Below the pieces are notes generated by a model, which was given only the letters and a program-made list of their open reading frames with translations, was not told the origin of the DNA and searched no databases. 64,000 nt of DNA, from assembly GCF_011745625.1 (NCBI RefSeq), contig NW_027191455.1:62001-126000 (forward strand), read 5' to 3'. Of this stretch, positions 33,689 to 44,745 are shown one piece after another. This stretch comes from Cladosporium halotolerans (lineage: Eukaryota). The position numbers and the translations under genes are program-made. The first letter of the stretch is position 1; the number at the start of each line of letters is the position of its first letter.

Positions 33689-33962
33689 GGTGATGTGTGT
33701 CGCGATTTTGCTGCGCAAGACTGCCGTGGATCTCAAGTCCGCCATGCGATGGAGTCGGGGTTCGGGAGTGAGAATCCGGATTTGGCTATTCGCCGCAAGT
33801 TCAATCAACTCACACCCATCAATGTTAATCAATGGACCCCTAATTGATTGATTAACAGCGCGGCTCACTCCCGCGGCGAACTTCCATCTAGTCTATCGTC
33901 GAGATATCCCACTCCATACGACTGTCACTGGTCGCAATCGCATTCCCGCTACAACATCAGCC
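33689..33962. promoter_or_regulatory. Putative bidirectional promoter between the two rps3 halves
   Basis: 274 bp between divergent ATGs, with a central AT-rich 11-bp inverted repeat at 33823-33857. Confidence 0.6.
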
Positions 33963-34568
33963 ATGCCGCCACCCCCAGTCGGCCGCGCCGCAAAGCGCCT
34001 TGCAGTTGACCTCTTCACCCCAACCGTGCAAAGGCCGCTCCAGTCCCTCCTCGCCAAAACGTACGGCAAGCCGGTCGAGCTCAACTTCGTCGAACTCAAG
34101 CGCCCACATCTGAACTCGGAAGTCCTCGCCTCTCTCGTCACCCAGAAGCTGAAGGATCGTCAAAATACGCCCCGCAGGGTCGTGCGAGAAGTCGTGCGAA
34201 GAGCGCAGCTACCCACATCGCAGTCGGAAGTGCCCTCGCAAGCCGACCATGCTAAAGCTGCCGCAAAGGCGCTCGCTAAGGATCCCTCGACCTCTTCAAT
34301 GGCGCGCGCGAAGGCCCCCATCGGCCACATCATGCACTCTCTGAGATTGAAGCAAGTCACAAGCATCAGCGTGGGCGCCGCCGGTCGTCTCGGCAAGCGT
34401 ATGACTGCCAACAGAGCGCAATCGAAGACGGCGAGGAAGGGTCTCACAAGCAAGGGCCCGGGTTATGTCATCAGGGGTATCGAAAAGAATCACACGGAGA
34501 CCGTTGTCGAGGCAGGCAAGAGGAGAGTCGGTGCGTTCGGTATCAGGGTGTCCGTTGGCCACTCATAA
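33963..34568 (+). CDS. rps3 (C-half): Nuclear-encoded C-terminal half of mitochondrial ribosomal protein Rps3/uS3m (201 aa)
   Basis: YGKPVELNFVELKRPHLNSEVL, AGRLGKRMTANRA and terminal KRRVGAFGIRVSVG resemble the mt-Rps3 C-terminal blocks (approximately YNKKVEFNIVNLK...LNSDI, KGRLTKRY.A.R, SKRRIGAF.VKGW). Confidence 0.8.
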   Translation: MPPPPVGRAAKRLAVDLFTPTVQRPLQSLLAKTYGKPVELNFVELKRPHLNSEVLASLVTQKLKDRQNTPRRVVREVVRRAQLPTSQSEVPSQADHAKAAAKALAKDPSTSSMARAKAPIGHIMHSLRLKQVTSISVGAAGRLGKRMTANRAQSKTARKGLTSKGPGYVIRGIEKNHTETVVEAGKRRVGAFGIRVSVGHS

Positions 34569-35251
34569 AACGTCTTTCAGCATTGGAGTTTGGGGAATTA
34601 TTGGATTTTCGGGTGATGATCAAAGGCACCAGAGAAGCATTCGAGATATGGACATTCCACGGGAGACTGAAGGTCTAGCGTCCGCGAATACGTCTCGATT
34701 CTTCGCATAAAGGCGAACGGATGCGGATGATCCAACCCCGCAGGCGCCTTTCCTTCGCAGAGAAGGGAGTGTATCGATAAACTTGCTGTATTTTAGACTA
34801 CATCAATTACTTCACGTCCCCTTTTCACCTCTATTTCGGCATTTGCTAGGCCAGGTGCTAAATCTACTCTAGGCCGCCGATTCATCTCAAAGCCCTGGGG
34901 CGGGGAAGAGACGGATGGCACGTCCGATGTCGCGAATCAGACGAGAATGCATCTACGAAGAGTCGCGAGCTCTTGCTGATCTAGAACTTTGCACCAATAC
35001 GAACCAAGGCGATCTGCCGGGTCTGGCGTGCACGGCACGCCGGACAGGGCTGAGCAGCGGCCATGCGGGCACCACTGTGTGTTCTCCAAGGTGTAAGCAG
35101 CTCTAGGCTGAGACTTGCAGTCACATGTGCTACACTGATGAAAGGCTTGAGAGACACTTCATGAAACACTTCTGGGCAGTTCGTCCTTCTTATTGCGGAC
35201 CAGCTCCTACCGACTTTCTTCGACTTTACTGCGCACAAGTCAACACCCAAC

Positions 35252-36163
35252 ATGGCCGACGGAAAAGCGGTAATGGACTCCATCGTCAATGATGACTTCA
35301 CGACCAAATGTCCAATGCGTGTGAACAATCGCCGCTGCGGCAACGTACCTACTTGCAAGCGTGTGCATTTCAACGATAAGGGCGCTCCAAAGAAGGCTGT
35401 CGAACTTCAGCGTCAAATCGTCTCCTCTGCCAGGGACAAAGAAAGCCAGGAGTCTTTGGCTGATATTGAATCGAGTGTGAAGCAGTTGTTGGGCTACTGT
35501 CTATGTCAAAAGCACCTCGCAATGATCAAGGAGTCGACGGCGAGCTCTATGAAGTTTTTGAGCGAGGAATGCGGCATCTTCAACAAGCAAGCGAACCAGC
35601 CAACGAAGAGCACCGGCGTTAGGCACCGTCCAAATCTTGAAACCTCCCAATCTACATCGACGAAGGCCGTGTCTACAGCATCTATTGGCTCCTCGAAGGC
35701 GACTTCCTCGACAGCCACCTTAGGACGTACTCCCTTCGCTTCTATCGGCTCGAACGCCACTGACTTCACTTTCCGTCACCATATCCCAATCAAGACCGAA
35801 GATGACTCCGGAACCTCCCAAACCCTTTCTACTGCTGGTTGCCAGTCACTGCTTGATAATCTTTTACAACGAATGGAGACCCTGGAGATCAAGTGCAACT
35901 CTCAAGACGCCGAGAATACGAAGCTTCAATCACGCGTGGACGAGATGGATATCAATATCCGCAAGCGCAAACTCGAAACTCGTGACCTCAAGAAGCGCAT
36001 TGAAACCCTTCAAAGCAACAACGACAAGCTTCTTGATATCATTGAGGAATTGAAGACTGCCAGTGACAATCGTCAGGGCGATGATGAGAAGCTACAGCAG
36101 GATCGTGAAGATCTGGAGGAAGAAAATGCGGCATTGAAGGCTCAACTGCGCGCGCGTCGTTAA
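35252..36163 (+). CDS. Hypothetical protein, Cys/His N-terminal domain + S/T linker + coiled coil (paralog A)
   Basis: 303-aa ORF with good start context (caacATGG) and co-linear similarity to the ORF at 37112-38116. Confidence 0.7.
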   Translation: MADGKAVMDSIVNDDFTTKCPMRVNNRRCGNVPTCKRVHFNDKGAPKKAVELQRQIVSSARDKESQESLADIESSVKQLLGYCLCQKHLAMIKESTASSMKFLSEECGIFNKQANQPTKSTGVRHRPNLETSQSTSTKAVSTASIGSSKATSSTATLGRTPFASIGSNATDFTFRHHIPIKTEDDSGTSQTLSTAGCQSLLDNLLQRMETLEIKCNSQDAENTKLQSRVDEMDINIRKRKLETRDLKKRIETLQSNNDKLLDIIEELKTASDNRQGDDEKLQQDREDLEEENAALKAQLRARR

Positions 36164-37111
36164 ATTCTGTAATGTAGAGCCAGTGTTTCGAGATGTTGGA
36201 GATTGGGTGCGGCTAGATGTTTGGGAACACCGAGGACTATGTCAAGGAATCATTGGAGGTGTCGCGGCTGGATCAGGGAATAGAGCGGAACATGTCCAAG
36301 TGGCCTATTGCATACGACGAACACTAGAAGAGGGCTCTGCAGCGCCGCAATTTTTGTTTTGCTCCTTCTGAGGTGTTGAGTCTGTACAATTACTCTGATC
36401 TCGCTCAAGACTAGATACCACACCGTAATTACAAGGAAGACCTACGATCTCATTTGGACTATCCTCGAGCCTTGTTCAAGATCTCAGCCCGACCGGATCA
36501 GGCAGTCGCTTGAGCGAGTTCAACGGAGGAGACAGCGCTCTCTTATACCAGGCTAGAATGTAATACGCCAACACTGGTAGCAATGTCTTTCTCTGGCAGC
36601 GGAATCTGAACGTATCAGCAGCGGATAGCAACATCTCAGCGCCACTGACTATGTAAGACGTTGCCTGATGGAACCCGACCGCCATTCCAGGTTCTTACAG
36701 GCACGTCGTTTACGCGCGGGCCGACATGGGAGCTTCAACAAATCAGATGTCAACGCGCCCACGGACATACCAGAGCTGCCATGCACCTGTCTCTCATGCC
36801 AGAGACCTTCACTGTATTCATTAGCGCCAGCGATGTCTCACGCAAAGGCGTTATTCACAGCAGTATTAGCACTCGCGGAAGTGCTAGAAAGTCAGGAGAG
36901 CTGTGACTTTCTGGACAAAGATGATGAAACACCATGTTGAGACTGGTTCACTACCAACAGACTCCTTCGCAGTCACAGAGCTCGAAAGTGTACAAAAGAG
37001 CTTCTTCTTCTTCCTCTTCGCATCGATCTCTTTCTTCCTAAAGCAAAACTCCACATCAGCTCTTCCTCCACCCCATTCATCTCTTCAACTTAGCACGGCT
37101 TCATTATCAAC

Positions 37112-38116
37112 ATGCATACCCAAACAACGTCCATTTTCAACGAAAACTTCATGGACAAATGTCCAGTTCGCGAGAACAACACGGCCTGTAGATGCCTACC
37201 CATCTGTAAGCTGGCGAACACCAGAAAGGTTGACGCAAACGCTCTTGACACCGCTTCCGCTTTGAGAGACGAAATCATCCACCAGGTCAGATCCAACCCC
37301 AGCGAAGAGGCAGTCGAAGGCGTTTCCGACCTTGTCGACTGTCTCCTGGCTTCCAGTCTGTGCACAAAGCACAACACCAACACCAAACTCGCGGCCGAGG
37401 CCAAAGCTGCCACCATGAACTACCTCTATCAGGACTGCAGAGTCTTGAATCGCTTGAACTCCCAGCCGTCGACAGGCATCGGTGCCAGCCATCACTCCCG
37501 CAAGCCTTCTTCGGCCTCCACTTCTACTGTTGCGGCTCCAATTGGGATGTTTTACACTCCACCGTCGACCGCCAACCCCTACTCGATCACCGGCGTGCCG
37601 TTGACTCCTCCCTATCAAACGCCTGCATCCATCCCGCCATCAGCCTCGCTGCCCGTCAAGGCCGAGGCTGAACTCAAGACTACCGACCCACCTCATTTCG
37701 GCGCATTCTCGTCCTTGATCGAAGACCTGCTGGCTAAGATGGAGGCCCTCGAACTGCAAGTGAAGATCTGCAGCACCGAGAACAACGACCTCCAGTCCCG
37801 CCTGGCAGGTTCTGAGGCCAAGGCCAAGCGGATTGAGAAGAAGTTCCGCGACCTGAAGGATGAGGAGGAGGACTTGAACGATTATTTCGTGCAGCTGTGC
37901 GGTGACCATGAGAAGGTGAGGCAGGATAAGAAAGATTTGGAGGAGGAGAATGAGGAGCTGAGAGCTTACATTAAGGTGTTGAAGGAGGCGTCGAAGAAGA
38001 ATGCTGAGGTGAAGGCTGATGGGGATGTTGAGGAGGACGTCGAGAAGGATGCTGAGGATGACGATGATTGGGAGAAGGTCTCCTCTTCGGACGACGGGTC
38101 TTGGGAGGAAGTGTGA
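37112..38116 (+). CDS. Hypothetical protein, Cys/His N-terminal domain + S/T/P linker + coiled coil + acidic tail (paralog B)
   Basis: 334-aa ORF with strong codon bias; shares F..KCP.R.NN..C...P.CK and LC.KH with the upstream ORF. Confidence 0.75.
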   Translation: MHTQTTSIFNENFMDKCPVRENNTACRCLPICKLANTRKVDANALDTASALRDEIIHQVRSNPSEEAVEGVSDLVDCLLASSLCTKHNTNTKLAAEAKAATMNYLYQDCRVLNRLNSQPSTGIGASHHSRKPSSASTSTVAAPIGMFYTPPSTANPYSITGVPLTPPYQTPASIPPSASLPVKAEAELKTTDPPHFGAFSSLIEDLLAKMEALELQVKICSTENNDLQSRLAGSEAKAKRIEKKFRDLKDEEEDLNDYFVQLCGDHEKVRQDKKDLEEENEELRAYIKVLKEASKKNAEVKADGDVEEDVEKDAEDDDDWEKVSSSDDGSWEEV

Positions 38117-38295
38117 TGATCGTGTGGAGAACTGTGACGATGAGTCGCCCAATGCTTTCGACTTGCGACGAGATTGATTCTATCTCCTTGTTTCATTGGT
38201 CCTATCGATCCTTACTCTTTGAACAACAGCCAAAGTTCTTTAGTACTAGATTCAGACAATAAGACAGATTAGATCCTGATAAAAGATTGATGAAA

Positions 38296-40068
38296 TCACG
38301 GCTCATACACAATCTCACCTCCCACACATCGATTACAAGCCATCAAACCCCTCGGATCAATCCTTCTCTTAATCTTTTCAAGCCTCCCATAGTTCGGTCC
38401 CCAAAATACATTTTTCCAGTCCGGCTCATAAGGATTGGCCTCGTTGATGTACGTACCGCTATCAGGTCCCACGATATCGCCTAGCTCCAGACTGACCTTG
38501 ACGAGCTCCTGCTTGCGTCGTTTCTTCTCTGCCGATGTTGCATTGTCTGGCCAATTGATGCCGTAACTCATAATTGTCCGGCTTTGCGCCCAGATTGGGT
38601 GGACGGAGGTTTTGGAGCGCTGAGAGGGATTGACTTTCCCGACTAGAGAGTTTTGTTAGTTGGAGATCAGGTTGGGTCGTGTGAGCTTCTTACTGAAGTT
38701 ATGCCCAGGAGTAACGTCCGGGTGCCGCAGTGCGAGATCAACCAGGTCGTTTGCTTTCTCCGACAACACCTCAGGGGTGAGGAGCCTGGTGGCGTCTTGG
38801 ATATTTGTTGCGGTGTTCGGATCTGTAAGGAAGAGGTTGATGTAAGCCTCCCAAGACGGCAGGGCGAAGCCCGCAAAAGCAACAAAAGTTCCGTCGGAGC
38901 CGTTCATTGCTAGCAGCTTCTGAAATCCTAACTTGCCTCGCTCAAGCGTCGCGTCTGTTCCATTTGGCTGCAGGAAGATGAATTGTACGAGACTGCCGAC
39001 CTCTGTGCTGCCGTAGCCTGTGTATCCAGCATCTGTCATCTCGGGCAGGCCTCGCAGTGCATGAGCGTAGGCTTCTTTCCAGATATCGACAGAGGTGGTG
39101 TTGACCTGCAGAAAAGCAACATCCATATGACTCGGAAGGGGATGTGTCTTATACGTGACACTGGTAACCACGCCCCATGCGCTGCCGCCTCCACCGCGAA
39201 CGGCCCAGAAATATCCTGGATCGGAATATTCGTTGATCGTGACGTGCTTGCCTTTGGGCGTCACAATGGTCATCTCCACAAGATTGTCGACCGCCAGACC
39301 GTAGAAGTAGCTGAATGGTGAGTGCCCACCGCCGAGAAGATACCCACCGGCAGCACCGACGGTACGCGCGGAGCCACCAACGACCGTCCGGTTGTGCACC
39401 GTAGCATCCCGGTATACGTCGAGCCACTGCTCTCCGGCCTGAAGCGTCACGGCTGGCACGCCAAGCGTATTGACAGGAGCGTTGAATGGAACGAAAGCGT
39501 CATGCCACTTTCTACCCTTCATATTGTGCGTCCAGATAGCGAAAGATCCATCGCCACTAGACCGGCCGAGATGATCGTGGCCCGTGTTCTTGACGGTGAG
39601 ATACAAATGGTATCTATCCGCAAAGCGAACAGCAGCCTCAACGTCTTCAACACAGCTCGCATTGACAGACATAGGCGGCACCAGCCCTTGCTCGCAGACC
39701 TCGTGCCGTGGGCCCAGGAAGCATTTCTCGTCCCCTACTTCCCAAAGTATGGCGGAGTAGGCGCCTGCCTGATCAGTGCGCCAGTCGGAGCTCGTCCAGT
39801 TGGTTTTTGCTTCGCTGCATAGCTCCTTGTCATATGATGGATCGTGACACACGGCGGCGGAAGGACGTGAGGCGATCAGACGGCCGGAGATAGAAGTATT
39901 GAATGCGGCCCAGGTTTTGGCATCGGGCCAGCACGGATCATTGGTCGTGCATCTCTTCAGGATCTTTGATTGGTCATGAGAGGGCAAATGCTGCTGTGGA
40001 GTTGCGAGAGCATTGAGGAAGGGGAAGAATAATAAGATAAGGGGAAATGGGGATAGTAGGAAGCGCAT
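38296..40068 (-). CDS. Secreted FAD-linked oxidoreductase (berberine-bridge-enzyme/VAO-like)
   Basis: Signal peptide, VKNTGHDHLGRS (covalent FAD His), GGYLLGGGHS, WAVRGGGG and BBE tail GTYINEA...FWGPNYGRLEKIKRRIDP. Intron at 38643-38693. Confidence 0.9.
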
Positions 40069-40430
40069 CTTGTTGATGTGATATGGCCTCGGTCTTACTA
40101 CATGAGACTACCACTTACCCTCTTTATATTTTCAAAGCTGTAGTTCGGACACATTGATATTACGCGTGACTAGTAGCACAGCTTTGGTGCGCAACGACAT
40201 TGCGCGCTGTTGGTCGTGAGGTGAGGTGTGATATCCAAGCTGCGAAGCCTCACGCAACGACGTTGCGCGCTGGAGCCAAGCCTGGGCGGTGCCATTCAAT
40301 CAATGTCCCGTGGACACAAGAAAACCATGCCATTCGTAAGTAGTAAATGCTCTGTAGAATTCCAAGCTTCTATGAAAAGAGTGCAAACTCATCATTAACG
40401 CTCATTCGCTCCTCAAAACAACATCCGAAG

Positions 40431-41882
40431 CTACAACCTCGACGTCCTAACCGGGTCCTCAAGGTCGCTCATCTCGTGCCTGGGATAATCGGCGAAAAGG
40501 CAAGGATCGGGCCTCTCGCGATCCCAAGCCCACTTCGTTTGCAGCTCGGGCGACAGAGCGCCCTCCATCATGTCCACGATGTACTTGCCCAGGACGGGGA
40601 AGAACTTGAAGCCGTGGAAGTTGCCGCAGGTGGCGACGTAGAGGCCCTTGGCGCCGGAGTGCGGCGAGATGATGAAGTCGGAGCTGGTTGTGAAAGCGTC
40701 CCTGCAGTGAGTGATTAGCAGCTGTTTCATCTTTTTTTTCTTTTTCTGAAATCCTGCTTCGAATACTTACCAGCAAATGCGGTGCTTCTCCATCGTCCAG
40801 TTCGCGCCGTTCTTTCCGTAAAAGACGTGGTTCGCATAGTCAATGTCTTCCTTGAGCTTGCCGGAAACCTTCCACTGGGCATAGTCGCGCTCGGCGGGAG
40901 GTGCAGACAGGAAGCGGCCGGGTGTCACCTCGCTGGTATTTCTGAAGATCTTCTGGCCCCACCACTTGAGTTCACGGTCTGGTGTTGGAGGCAGGCTGCC
41001 AATGAAAGGACCTGTATGCGATTGTTAGCTTCTTTTTCAGCCATAAAGCGGAAATAAATCATGCATACCTGTCTTCGCGGTGTAGCCCTGAACACCAACG
41101 GGCATGTTGGCAAATCGGGGGTAAGTGGCGTCGTCAAGCTTGGTCATGCCAGTAGTAATACCGCCTGCAACGATCCTGTCTCCGGCTCTGAGCTCCTTGA
41201 TTCCACTGCTTTGAGCGCTCCATTCGAGCAGCTTGGGTGTGAAAGCACCCGTGCAAAGAATTGTGTGAGAAGCAGAAAGGATAGCTCCGGTCGTGCTCTT
41301 GATACCCGAGCAACGGCCCTCGTCGTCGAACTGCAAGGAAGCCACATCGGCCGTCACATACTTGACGCCCAGCTTCAAGCACTCACGAGTGACTGCCCTC
41401 AGAACATCTCCCGCCGCGACCCAGCCACTGGTCTTGTTGACGAGCACCTCTTTGACGTCTCTGTAATCGGCATCCTCAAACAACCCGCCATACAGCTTCC
41501 TCGCCTCCTCCACAGGCAACGCTTTCAGGTCCGCAGTCCGGCCGAGCTTCTTGTAGTTGTCAATGACGTCCTGCGCGTAGTCGCTGCGGCACATCCAGTA
41601 AATGCCGGTCTTGTGGAAGTACGGTTGCCACAGCGGGTCGGTCTCGAAGACGTCCTGCGCCTCGAGCGCCATCTTGCAGTACACTATGTCATCGTAGTCG
41701 GCACGGACGACTTTGTTCCAGTCCCAGGAAGCGGCCACGCGGCTGTCGGCGTCGAATGGGTCGCGGTCCACGATCGTCACTGAAGCGTCTGGGAATTTCT
41801 TGATGAGGTGGTATGCGGTCGAGACGCCGAAGACGCCGGCGCCAACGACGAGGTATGAGTACGTGGCCGAGCCGTCAGCCAT
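40431..41882 (-). CDS. FAD-dependent oxidoreductase, sarcosine/pipecolate/fructosyl-amino-acid oxidase family
   Basis: Rossmann motif VVGAGVFG, ASWDWNKVVRADY, HRICWDAFT and GNFHGFKFFPVLG. Introns at 41012-41068 and 40702-40770. Confidence 0.88.
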
Positions 41883-42754
41883 GGTGAATGAATGGAGATT
41901 GAGATCCTGCGCAACCGCAGAAGCTGAATGCGAACGAATGTGTTTCTGTGGAAGTATTTTTGGCAGGCCAATGTTTTTCAAATACGTCCCGACTCTTCAC
42001 AATTCGAATGCAGCAGAGACGACAAGGATTCAAGGCTTTGCTTGTAAAATGGTATGACTACAGGGCGTGCAGAGAGTGGAGCGGCCACGGGCTGCTTTTT
42101 GACAAGAGACACAGTTGTAGGGCGTGTACAATGGACATTCTCGGTATGAGCTCCCCAAGCTCGACGCGCACGCAGAGCCCGCCATCAGAAGCCGAGCGGG
42201 CGGCGATGCGCACGAATTGCAGGGCGTGAATTAGAGCCCCGGGATGGGTTTGCCTCTCGCTCGTCGGCAGAGGGCGCCCGCAGGGTTCTTGGTGGGAGAG
42301 TCGATTGGCGATGGGTGGGCATTACCGTTTTGGGGTAGGATTTCCTTGTGCGTGCCGCTTAGCGCCGGCTCGTTGTGTGGCGTCCGTCCGATCTCGTCGC
42401 ATCCCTCCGACATCAGTGGACGACACCTTGGCCTGTCGACTGGCAGAGATGGTCTAGAGGACTGTCGCTACACGTCCACATACCATTTCACGGTTGCCTG
42501 TAGGTCCTCGGGGCCACAGTGGCGAAACGGTCAAGCTGAAGCTAGAACAAACCAGAACACACATCACACATCACTCGTGCCACCAATGACATCACATCTC
42601 AAGATCAAGATTCACTCATAGTCCAGGCAAACACCAGCTCTCAAATAGCTCCCCATTGACACCTTCATCTCACAACATTCTCACACATTCAGACATCTCA
42701 GCGAAGAACGTCAAAAACAAATCAACCCCCACACAAGATAACAGCACCACCACA

Positions 42755-43102
42755 ATGTCCTCCAACACCTTCACAACCAGCTCCTTCAGCTACAGCACCT
42801 CGTCCAGCAGCAGCTCCAACGGCGAGCAAACGACCGGCCACCGCAGCACGCACCAGTCCAACACGGACCCTGTCCACGGCACGACCGTGCAATCCACCTC
42901 CCAGAACCTCGGCGAGCCCGCCGTGCAAGAGACCAGGCACTACGACCCGCAGGGCCGCGAGCTGCTGGAAGGCGCGGGGTCCGGCGGCGGCGCGGCCGCG
43001 AGCAGGAGGATCGAAGACGTGACGGATGCGCAGGCCGAGAGGGACGCGCAGTACGAGGAGAGGATGGAGGATGAGTACGCTAAGAGGGAGGGTGGTGCTT
43101 AA
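42755..43102 (+). CDS. Small conserved-looking fungal hypothetical protein (115 aa)
   Basis: Start context cacaATG, strong codon bias, and C-terminus YEERMEDEYAKREGGA of a type seen in small ascomycete proteins. Confidence 0.7.
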   Translation: MSSNTFTTSSFSYSTSSSSSSNGEQTTGHRSTHQSNTDPVHGTTVQSTSQNLGEPAVQETRHYDPQGRELLEGAGSGGGAAASRRIEDVTDAQAERDAQYEERMEDEYAKREGGA

Positions 43103-43285
43103 GGGTGGTCTTTGAGTTGAAGGTTGGCAGTGTATGATCAGTGATGAAATAATGAAAAGGGCATGCGCGCAGCAAAGACGGTTATGATCTTCGAGAGACC
43201 AGTCGGGACGGGAGAAAAAATCTAGTGTAGCCAAGCAAGCAAGCAATGTAATCTATCTCTCCCCAACCCCAACCCACCCCATCAT

Positions 43286-44220
43286 TCACTCAGCAACCTC
43301 GCTCCTCCCCTCAAACTCCCTCAACCCCGCCTCCCCCTCGTACACCCTATACGCCTCCCTAGCCAAACTCCTCCTCGCAACCTCCACATCCGTCCTGATA
43401 TCCTCCACCAGCGCCTCGACACTCACATAATCGTACTCCGGGCGGATAAACCCCAGAATAACCAAATTCATATGGCTGCCGTAAAAATCCGTCTCGAAAT
43501 CGTGCAAGACGTGCACCTCGACGCTGCGCACCGTGTTCTTGTAGAACGGATTCCAGCCGATGCTCATGACCATGGGGAAGACGGCGGGCTCGGGGCCGAC
43601 GGCGGCGCAGGGCGAGAGGCCCGCGAAGCCGTAGTAGATGCCCGACGCGATGGAGGAGTGTCCGCCGACGGAGAGGCCGGTGAGGGGGATGTTGGCTGTG
43701 GGGATGCCGAGCTGGAGGGGCGGTTAGTTTGGTGTGCTTTTTTGGAGGCGTTGATGCTGATGGTCGCGCAAAGAATGGAGGGATGCGGGTGGCGGCAGGG
43801 TGGTGGCGGGGGATGGGGGTTGGACGGGGTGTCTGGCGTGGTGTGAGGGATGGACTGCTGTGCTGGAAGAGTGCTGTGATGTGCTATGCTGTGTCGTGCG
43901 AGCGTCCAGCTCCGCGGCTTTGGAAGTTTTCGTGATGCCCACGTGTAGGAGTGCGTTGCAAGGCGTTCGCATCGGTCGACGCAGGTGTGGCAGACGCAAG
44001 CTGCAGGCGAAAAAAGCAAGGCGCAGCGATATGCATGTTGGCAGACTTTAAGCGCAACAAACGAACGACAAAAAGCACAAAAGAAAGCAACAAGCAAACT
44101 CACCTCCTTGCTCCCCCTCCCAAACCCCTTGATCACCTTGCCATCGAGTCTCAGCGGGAACGGCTTCTCAGGCCCGGCGTCCGGGCCTGCGGTCGGGTCT
44201 CGAGGTCCGTCTGGCCGCAT
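43286..44220 (-). CDS. FMN1: Riboflavin kinase
   Basis: [22 protein letters not shown] across intron 43712-44103, then [21 protein letters not shown] and [10 protein letters not shown]. Confidence 0.94.
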
Positions 44221-44745
44221 GATGTGGGATGTACTGTACTGTCCAGCAGCGAATGAATTTCTTTGCGCCTGATCAGTCGAAGCGCAGGACCGGAGTGACC
44301 GCTATTTGGGCTCATCTATATTCTAGAATGCGAACGCGTGCGGTTACACAGTCGAACTGGACGCCGGGGCCAAATTTAGCAGTCGATCGATGTCACCATT
44401 CATCGAGCTGGGGTACCTGAGGAATGCCTCAGGCATTCTGTGTCATGGGAGTTCGTGACGACAACAGACGTGGAATAACATGCATAATGGTGATCAAATC
44501 ATTGCTAACATGGAAAGACATTTCCGCGGCTCAGAAGAGTCATTTCATAGTCGCCATTATAGAGACATAAAACGCATTCGAAATGCCCTCGAGGGCCAAA
44601 ATTCTTGCCGCCCAAATCCCCCCCATTCCCTTCCAGACCAGCGAACCAAGCCGGTCGGTGCCTGCCAACTTTTGATCATGCTATGCCAGCGAATAATACC
44701 GAACAGAACAATGAAATACAGGCGTGTCACACAATAATGACAACG

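Noticed and set aside
33017..34568. Interpretation of the rps3-like ORFs as a dead NUMT
   Set aside because: The sequence is GC-rich with nuclear codon usage, TGG for Trp, good start contexts, intact frames and an acquired presequence.
34786..34794. TGTATTTTA as a Puf-binding element downstream of the rps3 C-half
   Set aside because: A single short degenerate match with an unknown transcript end and no clear counterpart for the N-half.
38296..41882. Two neighbouring FAD oxidoreductases as a secondary-metabolite cluster
   Set aside because: No PKS, NRPS, terpene synthase or RiPP precursor is visible in the window.
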